Position numbers and translations under genes: made by a program. Below are positions 9,272-21,349 of a DNA stretch of 64,000 nucleotides, one piece after another. The notes under the pieces are model-generated. The model did no database searches. It was given only the letters and a program-made list of their open reading frames with translations, and was not told the origin of the DNA. Source of the stretch: Takakia lepidozioides (lineage: Eukaryota; Plantae; Bryophyta). The DNA is taken from positions 48,608,001 through 48,672,000 of the forward strand of contig CM060731.1 of the NCBI GenBank assembly GCA_030704615.1, read 5' to 3'. How positions within the stretch are numbered: the first letter of the stretch is position 1; the number at the start of each line of letters is the position of its first letter.

Positions 9272-12200
9272 AACAACCATGCATGTACTGCCTGAAGTGT
9301 TTCACACCAAAAATGACAGCCAACCCTTCCTTGTCAGTAATACTATAATTTTTTTTCATGTTTATCAAGCCGCCTAGATGCATAAGCAACAACATGTTCT
9401 CTACCATCTCGTACTTGGCTAAGAATTGTAGAAACAGCCATGTCACTGGCATCTGTTTGCAAAAGAAATGGGAGGGAGAAGTCTGGAAAAACCAGCACTA
9501 GAGCAGTTGTGAGGGCTATCTTCAGCTATTCAAAGGCCTTGGTCTCAGGTATGCCCCAGTGAAATCGAATATCTTTGCATAGAAGCCTGAACAATGGACC
9601 AGCCATGTTAGCAAAATGGAGGATAAAACGTCTATAATAGGAGGCAAGGCCAAGGAAGGCACGGACACAATGCTTGTCCCCGGGAACAGGGAAAGTCCCA
9701 TACTGCCTGGATTTTGCTAACATCAAGTTTGATGCCTTCCCCACAAAGGATGTGGCTGAGAAATTTGAGTTTTGTCATGCAAAAATCGTACTTTTTGGCC
9801 TTAACCTTGAGACCTGCAGCTCTGAGACGACATAACACACGCTGCAGGTCAATGAGGTGAGAATCAAAAGTAGCAGAATAAACATTAATGTCGTCGATGT
9901 ATACTAATGCACATTCCCATCTCAGATTGCCAAGGACTACATCCATAAGTCTTTGGAACGTTGTCGTGGCATTGCAGAGTCCGAATGGCATGGTCTCGTA
10001 TTGATACATGCCATATCTACATGTAAAAGCAGTTTTGTCTTTAGATGCTTCTGTTAGAGGGACTTGCCAAAAGCCAGAAGCTAGGTCAAGTGAAGAGAAA
10101 ATGGTGGCACCACTAAGCTGATCCAGGGTCTCATTAATTCTTGGTAAAGGGTATACATCTTTCTTAGTCATGGAATTGAGCCGTCTGAAGTCAACGCAAA
10201 ACCTGGTGGAACCATCTTTTTTGGCCACTAACACGATCGGGCTAGTCCAAGGTGACACAGAGGGGCGAATGACACCAGCATTCAATATTTTCTTAATCTC
10301 TTTCTGAACCACTGCCCTCTCACGGACGGATTCACGATATGCATATTGCTTGACTGGATTCCCATCGTGATAATCTCGTGATTCAAAACATTGGTTCTAC
10401 CAAGATCATGAGACCCTCGACTGAACACAAACAAGTTCCTACGAATCAAAGCATGCAACTTGGCTAGCTGAACCTTGGTTATATCACCCACCTGGATTTC
10501 TGCCAGCACTTGAGCAAAGTGCTCCTCTTGTTCTGAGGTGAGAATAGTGTCATCACTGACTGCAGCAATGTTGGTCATGCCAATAAGTCTGTCCACAGGG
10601 CTGTCTATAAGACCAATGTCATGAAAATTGAGAGCAGCCTCTACAGATTGAATTGCAGTCAAGGGCAAGGCAGTGGGTCGAGCCATAATCTGCCCCTTCT
10701 TGATTTTGACCATCATACGTCCAGGATTAGCAAGGAGTAATTTGATTTCTCCTCTGTACCCTCTGTCCAAAACCCCAGAAGCCACCAAACAATGTTTCTG
10801 CAAAGTCAACTTCTTTCAGCCTTCTATTTCCATATACATGTCTTTGGGACAAATAAAAGCCAGGCCCGTGGGGGCCAAGATTTGGGACATTGCAGGCAAA
10901 TCAATATCACGAGGAGCCCTCAAAAGTACTGAATTGCTGGGAACAGGAAGAGGGGCTCCAGTCTTCTTACCTGGTTCAGGCAAATGCCATTGGAAGGGGC
11001 TAGTGGCTGACTCACTATTAAAATTAAAGAATCTGGTCCAGTTGTATGAATTACCAGCTCTTTGGCGAACTTCTTGAGCAACAGCCTTCATCTGAATAAG
11101 ATGCCGAGTGGAACTCCCAGCCATAAAAGGGACAGAGTTCATATTGACGGTATGCCTGGTACCATTGCCATCACTCAAGGTCATGACATTAGTGTGGAAG
11201 TTGATTTCTGCCCTGGCTTCCCTCATCCAATCCAGGCCAATTAGAAATTGCTCTCCCATAGTTACAATACCAGTCACCGTGACTACCTTTCCAGCAATTC
11301 CAATGGACAAGGTTACAAGCCCTAAAGGCTCATATTTGGTGCCATCAGCTATAGTAACTTCCAGCCCTTTGGTAGGTACTAATTTCAAACCCAACACCTG
11401 AACAACATGTAAAGGAACAACAGAAATTGTGCACCCAGTGTCAACTATGCAGGAAAAAGACAAATGTCCTACATGGCATTGAGTAAGTAGTGGGTGTATA
11501 CGCACCTTCTCCCTGGGTTTAATTACTTCAGTATGTAACAACTTGAAAGTATCATAAACAAGAATAGTAGTTAGGGGTTCAGAAGGTTTGACTACACGAT
11601 CACCTGTCCCTTCATTCGCAGGTGACCCTATTCGTTTAAACGAGCCTTACCCTTCTTTTCTTTCTCTCTCTCAAAGTTTTCAATCATACCTGGCAAATCA
11701 GCCTGGTAAGGACAAAATCTGGTGACATAATCCTTGCCTTTGCAAATATAACATGCTGCATGGCTTTGATAACCAGCACCAGTATTAGTACGTCCCCTGT
11801 TGTCACCACTCTAGTTGGAATTTGATGGGGCTTGCCAGCGAGCATCAGCCTTAAAGGCCTGTAATTCAAGTCTGACCGTTTCCTGCACATCTCGTACCAC
11901 TGCAGGAAGAAGCTCTAGGGCTTCTCCATTGTTAGTGCTCATAATCAAATCTGAAGCATCACTCAACATGTGAATCGTTTGAAGTTTGGGTACCACTCCC
12001 TGTTTAGCTGCTTTAGTGCGCAAGCGTTCTTCGATTAACTGAACCATTTCTTTACAGGGCTTTGAATATGACATTGTTTACAAGAAACTGAAAGAAAAAA
12101 GCAACGCTGATGCGCTTACTCAGGGAGAGACCAAAACCCCTGTTCCTTATACGACCCTAAATGACTTGGCTCGCATGCATAATCCTGATCGTTCGCTGCC

Positions 12201-12300
12201 TGATTCACATTCACATGCATCTTTTTTGAGCTTGATGGATGAGTTACCCTATGCCATTACACCTGCTAGGGATCTCATTTCTTTTAATGTTCATTAAGAT
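9272..12300 (-). mobile_element. Degenerate Ty3/gypsy-like element with gag, protease, dUTPase-like domain, RT and RNase H (copy 1, internally inverted)
   Basis: Minus strand: gag knuckle CYICKGKDYVTRFC, protease IVDTGCTIS, dUTPase GVLDRGYRGEI, RT SPWTSPIVLV/RFCVDFRRLN/YIDD, RNase H EGLAVIFGVKHFRQY. The RNase H end (LQGFEYDIVYKK..NADAL) continues on the + strand from 12052. No LTRs found. Confidence 0.9.
11585..11640 (-). promoter_or_regulatory. Candidate -1 programmed ribosomal frameshift signal between gag and pol
   Basis: T-TTA-AAC heptamer in gag phase (11640-11634), a 6-nt spacer, then a 9-bp stem GGTCACCTG/CAGGTGATC. Gag ends one codon after the heptamer (GAA TAG), and the -1 frame is open into the protease ORF. 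Confidence 0.75.
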
Positions 12301-12327
12301 GGTCACATTGGTCCTAGTTGCAAATTT

Positions 12328-12780
12328 GGACGTGACGTGGCGTTGACGCGTCAGCGTCACGTCCGACGTCAGCGACGGACGTGCGTCACGTCACGTCCTA
12401 AACCGACATTACTGTACATAAATATGTTTATTTTTTTACTTTACTATTGACTATTTACTATGAGAACCGACGTGGCAACCGATGTGGCCTCATTACGTGG
12501 ACTTCATTAATTATCTATAAAATTCATATATTATGATTTATATTGTCAATCATGCGACCGTCAGCAAAGGTTGGTCGGACAAATTTTTATTCTTTTAAAA
12601 TAGGTGCGGCCACCAGAAGGGGGTGGTCGCACATTTTTTCTTATTTTTTAAATAGGTGCGACCACCAGCAGGTGGTGGTCGCAACATTTTAATTTTTTTT
12701 AATAGGTGCGACCACAAGCAAAGGGTGGTCGCACATTTTTTAAATTGGGTGCAACCACCAGCAGGTGGTGGTCGCAACTT
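12328..12780. repeat. ACGT-rich palindrome plus five tandem ~50-bp hairpin units (probable DNA-transposon subterminal remnant)
   Basis: Inverted repeat ggacgtgacgtg...cacgtcacgtcc (12328-12398). Units TGCGACCACCAGCAGGTGGTGGTCGCA and variants at ~12553, 12605, 12657, 12707 and 12750, separated by A/T tracts. Confidence 0.6.
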
Positions 12781-13428
12781 TTTCATTTCCCTATTGGATC
12801 TGGATGCTGCAACATGTCACCTTCCGGAGGTGAGAAAACTACCCAAAATGACAATTCTTTCTTAGACATGTATTGTAGGTAATGCCGAGTCATTTCCTGA
12901 ACCCAAATTGACGGAAACCCTATCCCTAAGCATTCTTTCTCTGCATCAAAATGAGAGTCTTGAAATTTTGATAGTTCAAGTATGTGGGCTGAACCGAAGG
13001 AGGATTGACATGAGGATCCGATATATATATATAGAGAGAGAGGGGGCAAGAGAGAATGTACTCATAAGACTTTGTTTGCCGACCTTGTGGCCATAAACTC
13101 TTCAGCTTGAGATCTTCCCTAAATTCAAAGAGAGAAAAAGAGACCTTCATAATGCTCATGGCATTGCGTCCTCTTTAGAACTCATCTTTGCAACAAATAT
13201 ACAATCTCTTCCAATCTAGATATTGAGTTAGTTATCAACCTATGCTTGAAAAACTCTCTCAATTCTAAACTAAAATTGGACAACTATAGCTTAACTTCCT
13301 GTTAAGCATCTGACAACTACAGCTTAACTTCTTGTTAAGCATCTGACATTTTCTTGCTAAACAGTCTAAGAATGGCTTTACCAGAATAGACAAACAAGTT
13401 CCTACGGTACAACTTCTGTGTCAACCAG

Positions 13429-13668
13429 TGGGCCCATAACCTGTTATAAGTGCCATAGCCAAAAGAAGACCAAATACACTATGATAAAAGAGTGATTATT
13501 TCAGATAGTGTATGCATATGCTATACAGCTTCCAAAGTAGATTTAGCAGAAAACAATCAGCAAGAAAGAGTACACCGGAAAAGAACAACGCGGGTAAGTA
13601 ATATGGAGGTCCATAGGCGGGAAACTTGAAAGAAAACCTACGTGGCATCTACATGTCCACAAGTAATG
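13429..13668 (-). mobile_element. Ty1/copia LTR 3' part plus PBS; LTR probably interrupted by the gypsy element and continuing at 20481-~20545
   Basis: Minus strand ...TATAACA followed directly by GGTTATGGGCCCA (13441-13429). Confidence 0.55.
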
Positions 13669-14382
13669 TGTCGCACACCTCACTTCGGTAAGTTCCCCTT
13701 CAAGTCATAGTTACTCGCTTTGATGCGCGTGCCTAATTCCCAACCTGGCCGCCGAGCCAACTTGGAGCTTCGGCTGCTCACCGGGACATAACGGTCCCCC
13801 TTTACTCCTCCACCAACTTGGGCCTAGTGGAAATTCCCTTTGGTAGATAACAGTCCGGAATAGCTCCCCACTCCTTGGTCGCTTTCCGGCTCGTTCGCTT
13901 ACGCACTAGTTTTCGGTCACCAACAGGCTTGCACCGTTCTCGGGGTTACTACTCCCTATATATACTTATGTGACTGTCTGCGGGGGTTTCACAAACAACC
14001 ATGCCATTTTATGGCGAACCACCACGAAGACCCTCGATTCCCGGTGATGAGTCGTGGTGACTCTTAGCCCACCCACCACGGCCCCATTGGACCGTGATGA
14101 GTCCCAAGACTCCCCACGACTCCCACCGCAAGGTCTCTGCCCCATGGTGAGTCCTATGCTACCCCCACTAAGTCCCACTAAGCTACCACCACCCCTTGTG
14201 GAGCCACCCCCACCGCAACCCGGTGTGCGGGGCTCCACCTAGTGAGCGCCTTCACCTCCTTGAGTGCCTTGGGCACTCAAGGGTGCTTCAGCCCCCCGTA
14301 CCTATCGCTGCCACTGCCCCCACCACAGGGGCAGCCCCTCCTGCGTCCCGACCCCCTGCCCTCAAAGCAAAGGGCCGTGACA
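13669..14382 (-). repeat. 3' LTR of the chromovirus
   Basis: TGTCAC...GCGACA on the minus strand; near-identical to 19738-20475. Confidence 0.92.
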
Positions 14383-15305
14383 CACACCCCTACCAACAGG
14401 GAGTCGATGTCCTCATTGACTTGTCCATTTTGTAGAAACGAACATCCAAGTTGTGGCGTCCCACATCAAGGAGTTTGTTTCCGTACCATGGCATCCCATG
14501 GCAAAGAACCAAACCCCACACTTGAGTCTACTCTCCACTAGCTAGTGGCCGACTTCCTCCAAGTCCCAGCCAAGGGTGGAGCCTCTCAAGCTCATCCCAG
14601 TGCACTCTTCTTGGCCTACTTCTAGGCCAAGGAACGATCCTCCCCGAGGATCGAATCGTCTTACTGCAACAACATTGCTTGCGACCGCTCATGATGTCGC
14701 TTTTGGCATCACCTTGAGGGTTCATCTTGAACCATTTTTTACTAGGAAGATAACATTGGGCTAACCATGCGCCCCAATCACTACAATTGGTTCCGCCTTG
14801 GAATGTTGGCCTGAGGTACAGGAACACGCCGAAGCCGCACTACGACTTCGTCCCGAGGCTACATGATTATAGTACGTGAACGGAAGTACGTAGCTTCCGC
14901 GTTAGCCCGCACTACAAGGCAACCCCATCGGTAGCGCAGTTATAGTACGCGCACGCGCTAGGTGCGCACTAGCACGTGAACTCCCAAGGAAGGCGCAAGT
15001 TTCCTTGCCCCTTGGATGGGAGTCACCCGATTTCGGCACTACGCAAACACACGATTAATCTAATTTACCTCTCCCACTTTTGTAAGCTAGCATGCATTCT
15101 ACACACTAGCCAATCATACCATGCATCACCATTCCAAACAAAATAGGACGCACAACATTTGGAAACCATTTCATTTATAACAAAATTTGTACAATACAAG
15201 TTTTTGCAATCGGATTCCTGAGTTAGCTAAGCCGGGTTAAGCATGCATTTCCTCCCCCACGATCCAAGGTTGATGTCCCCATCAGCGTTTCTTCCGCTTT
15301 TGAGG

Positions 15306-18300
15306 TCACCCTTCGAAAGCTGCAACCGCCTCAGATGCGTTTCCCATTTCTAAGGCACGCACCCAAGATGCCTCTACATGATGATAGCCCTTCCATTTCA
15401 CGAGATACTCCGTTTCTCGATTCTTGAACCTCCTCGACTTAAGCACTGCCTCCACCTCGTACTCAGGTTCCAACAGCACAGGTGACGGACGCAACACTTG
15501 ATGCCGATTCAGACGCGCTTCATCTTTGAAGTAAGGCTTCAAAAGGGAGATGTGAAATACCGGATGCACCTTGCTGTTTGCCGGCAGCTCCAATTCATAC
15601 ACATCCTCATTCATAACTTTCCGGATGCGAAAGGGTCTCGCATACGGAGGTAGGAACTTCGGATTCACTTCCGGAGGTAGTCGGAAATTCTTAATGTTCA
15701 ACCAGACCTCCGTGCCTGCCTCAAACTTAACTTCCTTCCGCTTCCAATTCACCTGCCGTTCATACCGTTTCCTAGCTTTGGGAATGTTGTACTTTGCGAG
15801 CTTCAACAAATGCTCTCGTTCTTCCAGCACCGCTGCTGCTGCCGGTTCCTCAACGACTTGGGCGGCCCAACTTGTCGGCACCATATGTGCTTTTCCATAG
15901 ACCAATACAAAAGGGGAAACTCCTGTTGCGGAGTGTTTTGTGTTATTATAACAGAACTTTGCCGCATCCAAGTGCTCCACGTAGTCCGATTGGTCTGCCG
16001 ACACGTAATTCCGCAAGATCTGCTTCACCACGGAATTCACCCTTTTTTGTTTGGCCGTTCATCGTAGGTTGGAAGGCGGTGCTCATCTTGAGCCTTGTCC
16101 CCATCTTCTTCCAAAGTGCCCTCCAAAATTTACTCATAAACTTTGGATCGCGGTCCGAGACAATATCCTTCGGGAATCCATGATGCTTGAAGACGTGGGC
16201 GAAGTAAAGTCGCCCCGTCTCCTGCGTCGTTGCCGTCTCCTTGGTGGGGATGAAATGACCCATTTTACTGAACCTATCCACTACCACCATAATCGCATTG
16301 AATCCTTTTGACAGCGGCATATCAGTCATGAAATGCTTCGAGACACTTTCCCAAGACCCCTCTGGAATCGGCAAGGGTTGTAACAGCCCCGCTTGCTTTT
16401 TGTACTCGCTCCGGTTTTGTTGGCATATGGTGCATGTCTTGACATACTCCGCGGCCTCCTCCCTCAGTTTGGGCCAGAAATACTCTTTCTTCAAGAGTGC
16501 CGCCGTACGCTTGGCTCCGCCGTGGCCCGCAAGCGGGCCATCATGACATTCTCTCAAGAGACTATCTCTGATCCCTCCCTTCGGCATGTAGAGACGCTTT
16601 TGCTTATACCGGAGCAGTCCATTTTGCAAGTGGAACTGCAATTTAACCTCCATCCTCAAGTCCCGCATCACAGACTTCGCCATCTCATCCTTCCGGTAAG
16701 CCTTCCGAATCTTCCTTTGGAGCGTCGTCTCGCCCCTGTACACCAACAAGAGCTGCTGCTTTCTACTTAAAGCATCGGCCACCACATTGTCCCGTCCCGG
16801 TTTGTACTGGATATCCACGTCGAACACCGCCAAAGTATCTTGCCACCTAAGTTGTTTTGGGGACAACTTAGGCTGCGTGGCAAAATACTGCACCACCGCC
16901 TTCATTTCCTTCTCATGCGTAGACCACCGTCGCTCCACTTCATTCAGTTTCTTACTTTCGTAAGCCACTGGACGTCCATCCTGCATGAGTACACCCCCTA
17001 TTGCGAAGTCCGACGCATCCGTATGAATCTCAAATGGACGGTCGAACTTCGGGATTTTGAGGACTGGAGCTTCCGTCATCCGTTGCTTCAACTCGGCAAA
17101 AGCTTGGCCACAAAAGGTGTTCCATACCCAGACTTTGGATTTACACAGAAGGTCTGACAGTGGCCCCGCGATCTTGGCGAAATTTCTCACATACTTCCGG
17201 TAATAGGAGGCGAGTCCTAGGAAGGATCGCACTCCCGGGACCGAAGTCGGAGGCTCCCAGTCCAAGATCACTATCACCTTCCTGTTATCCATTTTGATCC
17301 CATCCTGTGTAATCACATGCCCCAAGAACTCCACTCTTGTGACCCCGAATTCGCACTTTGAAGCTTTGGCATACAGCTTCCATTCTCGCAATTTCTGGAA
17401 CACCCTTTTGAGGTGCTCCAGATGCTCTTCCTTTATTTTCGAGTACACCAGTATGTTGTCGATGTATACGATCACAAAGTCATCCAACCACTCTTGGAAA
17501 AGGTTGTTCATTAGCATGCTAAAGATCGCGGGTGCGTTGGTGAGCCCAAAAGGCATCACCAAGAGCTCATACGAACCATATCTTGTCCTGCACGCGGTCT
17601 GCTCCTCATCTCTTTCTGCCACTCGGATCTGATGATACCCGGAGCGCAAATAGATCCGGCTGAAATACTTCGCTCCTGCCAACCAATCGAAGAGGTCGTC
17701 GATCCTTGGCAAATGGTACCGGTTCTTGATAGTCACCTTATTCAGGGCCCTGTAATCGACACACATCCGTAGCGTCCCCTCCTTCTTGTCTGCGAATAGC
17801 ACCGGGGCTCCGTAAGATGACTTACTCGGCCGGATGTACCCTCTTGACATTAGATCCTTGAGCTGAGTTTTCAGCTCGACCAACTCTCTATGGCTCAACC
17901 AGTAGGGGGCCTTGGCAGGCGGTTCCGATCCCGATATCACCTCAATCTTGTGGTCAACTCCCCTTCGCGGTGGCAAGCCGCTTAGTAAATCCTCCGGCAT
18001 CACATCCTGGTATTTCTCCAAGATCCCCTCGATCCAATCTGGGCTCGGCTCCCCATCGCCTTCTCCTTTCACTTGTCTTACGTAAAGCAAAAACTGGGGC
18101 TCGTGTGGCTCCTCCATGGCCCACTCCATTGCTGACAGAAGGTTTATTCGCCCTCCCACGGGTTTGGGCGTTTCCGACAATCGTAAAACTTCGCCACCAT
18201 TCCCACACGGCAGCGTGACTACTCTCTTGCGGCCATCTATGACCGCTCCGGATTTGCTCAAAAAGGTCATCCCCAAAATGAGATCCACTCCATCGATCTC

Positions 18301-19682
18301 GCAAATGGTGAAGTTTTCACGTCCTCCCAACTCCCTAGTTGAAGAGGAACATCGAATGCCAACCTCGTCGCCAATTGTGGTTCTCCTTTGGCAGAACGCA
18401 CCTCAATAGAGGCCCCCACGTCACTTGTCGGGAGCCCCAGCTTTCGTGCCGTTGCCTGTGTCATGAAGGAGTGCAACGCTCTTGTGTCCACCAACAACGA
18501 CACGTTAGTTCCGGAAATTATCCCATCCACGAACAATAACTGACTTCCTTTACGTAGGGCGTCAGTTTCCTGATACAATTCACAAGAGTAGTTGCCTACC
18601 TTGCAAGTCTTGGTGACCACCGCTTCCACCAAGCGGCTGATGGACTCTTCCGACAGCTCTATGGTCGCCCGAGTCATGTTCAATTGTTGGGGCTTTGCGC
18701 ACTTCTTAGCCATGTGCCCGGGCTCCCCGCAATTAAAGCACACTCCATCGAAGGTCGCCTTTTGTCCGCCATAAGGCGTCGCACCTGATTTTTCTTTCGG
18801 AGCACCGGGTGTCGTCTTGGAGTGTAACGGCCCTCCTTTCGATTTCCACGTGCAGCTCCGTTCGGCCTTGTCTTTCGCTCCTAGGGACATCCGAGAAGCA
18901 TTCAGCCCTCTCAAATGCCTCGTTCAAAGTCTTACGTGGCTTCTCCTCCAACTTCCGTCTGGCCCATGGGGCCAGTCCCGCCACAAAGTTGAAGACCATT
19001 TCTGGTTCTGCCATGTCCGCGACTTCCAGCAACAACACATTGAAAGCCTGAACATATCCCCGAATGTTATCTGTTTGCTTCAAATTCCTCATCTTGTCCC
19101 TGGCGAGCCAGGACGCGTTGAGGGGCACAAATTGTCTCTTCATCAGTTCCTTGAACCCGCTTCAGTTCAAGGTTTTCGGGTTTGGATCTCGGTCGTGAAG
19201 CGTTTCTGCCACCATTGTTGAGCATAGCCCCTTAAATAGGTGGGAGCCACTTCCACCTGATCCTCGTCACTCAACTTGGCCGCCCGGAAGTACTGCTCTA
19301 GCTCCAAGAGCTAGGTGTTGAGTGCCTTCCGATTTCGAACACCCTCGAAGGTGCCAGGTTCCTTAGGCTTCACCTTAAACTTTGCCTTAGTGGAAGTGGC
19401 ATTAGCCGCCTTCAACACGTCTTTCAACGTTCCGCCAAACTGCGCCAACAACCCTTCCCAAAAGGCTGCTGGTATGGGAGGCATCTGTTGGTCTGTCGGA
19501 GCTCTCAGGGATTCCTTGGGCTCCGACTCCTCAGATTCCTTCCGTTCTTGAGCGGCCTCGCTTTCAAAAACATGCATCGCTTCCTCAAATGGCCGCTTCG
19601 GTGACACGTCGCTCCCATCGGGCTTACCAGGATAATCATCTTTCGGGCCGTTTTGCTTTCGCTTTGGCTTGCCCGACCCCAT
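15306..19682 (-). pseudogene. gag-pol of the chromovirus (stops, frameshifts, RNase H deletion)
   Basis: gag KEPGTFEG..LEQYF and QFVPLNASWLAR..QTDNIRGYV, knuckle [44 protein letters not shown] and VVDRFSK, chromodomain EYEVEAVL..YLVKWKGY..ASW. Confidence 0.93.
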
Positions 19683-19737
19683 GATGAGGCCAAACCCAAG
19701 GACGATCGCGTTCTGAACTCTAAGCTCTAATACCAAG

Positions 19738-20475
19738 TGTCGCACACCTCACTTTGGTAAGTTCCCCTTCAAGTCATAGTTACTCGCTTTGATGCGCGCG
19801 CCTAACTCCCAACCTGGCCGCCGGGCCAACTTGGAGCTTCGGCTGCTCACCAGGACATAACGGTCCCCCTTTACTCTTCCACCAGACCCTCCACCAATTT
19901 GGGCCTAGTGGAAATTCCCTTTGGTAGATAACAGTCCGGAATAGCTCCCCACTCCTTGGTCGCTTTTCGGCTCGTTCGCTTACTCACTAGTTTTCGGTCA
20001 CCAACGGGCTTGCACCGTTCTCGGGGTTACTACTCCCTATATATACTTATGTGACTGTCTGCGGGGGTTTCACAAACAACCATGCCATTTTATGGTGAAC
20101 CACCACGAAGACCCTTGATTCCCAGTGATGAGTCGCGGTGACTCTTAGCCCACCCACCACGGTCCCATTGGACCGTGATGAGTCCCAAGACTCCCCACGA
20201 CTCCCACCGCAAGGTCTCTGCCCCATGGTGAGTCCTATGCCACCCCCACTAAGTCCCACTAAGTCCCACTAAGCTACCACCACCCCTTGTGGAGCCACCC
20301 CCACCGCAACCCGGTGTGCGGGGCTCCACCTAGTGAGCGCCTTCGCCTCCTTTTGAGTGCCTTGGGCACTCAAGGGTGCTTCATCCCCCCATACCTATTG
20401 CTGCCACTGCCCCCACCACAGGGGCAGCCCCTCCTGTGTCCCGACCCCCTGCCCTCAAGGCAAAGGGCCCCGATA
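19738..20475 (-). repeat. 5' LTR of the chromovirus
   Basis: Direct repeat of 13669-14382 with small indels; adjacent to the PBS. Confidence 0.92.
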
Positions 20476-20545
20476 TAATGTATCTATGTGGCATTAAGGT
20501 GGCCCGTGTTAACATTGAATCTACTACCACAATGTACTAACAACA

Positions 20546-21349
20546 TCTTTGATGTGCAGTAACACAATTAATAAGCCTCTGAAGGTGTCTCTGATCTACA
20601 GATGCACAGATGTACATCTTCCCTACATTATTTTCTTCGTCCCAAATTGTCTGTGCAGCAAGTAACTCATATCATCGGGAGAAGCACCTGGGTTTGCTAC
20701 CGCTGTCGGTCTAACTGCAGATCCATCAATGATTGTCATCAATCGTTTTGCTTCAAACACAATTCTCATCTGGAATTTCCACAACTGAAAGGTCTCACTA
20801 TTGAACTTGGTTATGTGCGTGAAATCTCTTGTATCTACATTCCTAGCCATCATGACTAACTTCTGTAGATTAAACAAAAACAAGAAAGCATAACAGCATC
20901 TTCAGCGTAGTGGTTTCAGTACCAAGAGTGTGGGCCCATAACCTGTTGACAGAGTTTATAAATCTACACACATTTACAACGAGATTCCAGAGCCAGAGTC
21001 CTACCATCTGTATAGTCAGACATGAGATAGAGAGAGAAACAGTAAGTGAGAGACAAGCAAGACAACAATTCTTGATTCTTGAAAAACAAGATACATAATA
21101 GTCAGGCTTCACGTCTCTGTATTTTCTGTCCAGTAACGAGCCGTCGACATATTTGACCAGCTGTCACTAATTCAAAATCAAACTCCTCATGATGAGGGTG
21201 TGTGGATGTAAATCGTTGCAATCCTACAATCTACCCTTCTACTACAGAATCATAATCAAAGTTGCAGTTCTGTTTCTTCTTGTACTGTACAGCTGAGAAC
21301 CAAATTTGATGCTGTGTACCATCACTTTCACATTAGACCTCTTCTCAAC
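20546..21349 (-). mobile_element. Ty1/copia 5' remnant: LTR, PBS and start of gag
   Basis: ...TCAACA plus GGTTATGGGCCCA (20943-20931), then gag HITKFNSETFQLWKFQMRIVFEAKRLMTIIDGS..WDEENNVGKMYICASVD. The upstream LTR boundary is approximate. Confidence 0.75.

Larger units (their letters stand above)
13669..20475 (-). mobile_element. Full-length degenerate Ty3/gypsy chromovirus (Galadriel-like)
   Basis: Two ~720-bp LTRs and a 5-bp TSD TAATG (13664-13668, 20476-20480). PBS TGGTATTAGAGC (tRNA-iMet) after the 5' LTR and a G-rich PPT before the 3' LTR. Domain order gag-PR-RT-RH-INT-chromodomain. Confidence 0.95.

Noticed and set aside
12550-12780. Regularly spaced palindromic repeats resembling a CRISPR array
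   Set aside because: Spacers are low-complexity A/T tracts, the repeats vary, there are no cas genes, and the context is eukaryotic.
14383-15305. env-like or extra ORF in the long 3' region of the chromovirus
   Set aside because: Only short ORFs without recognisable motifs or transmembrane pattern.
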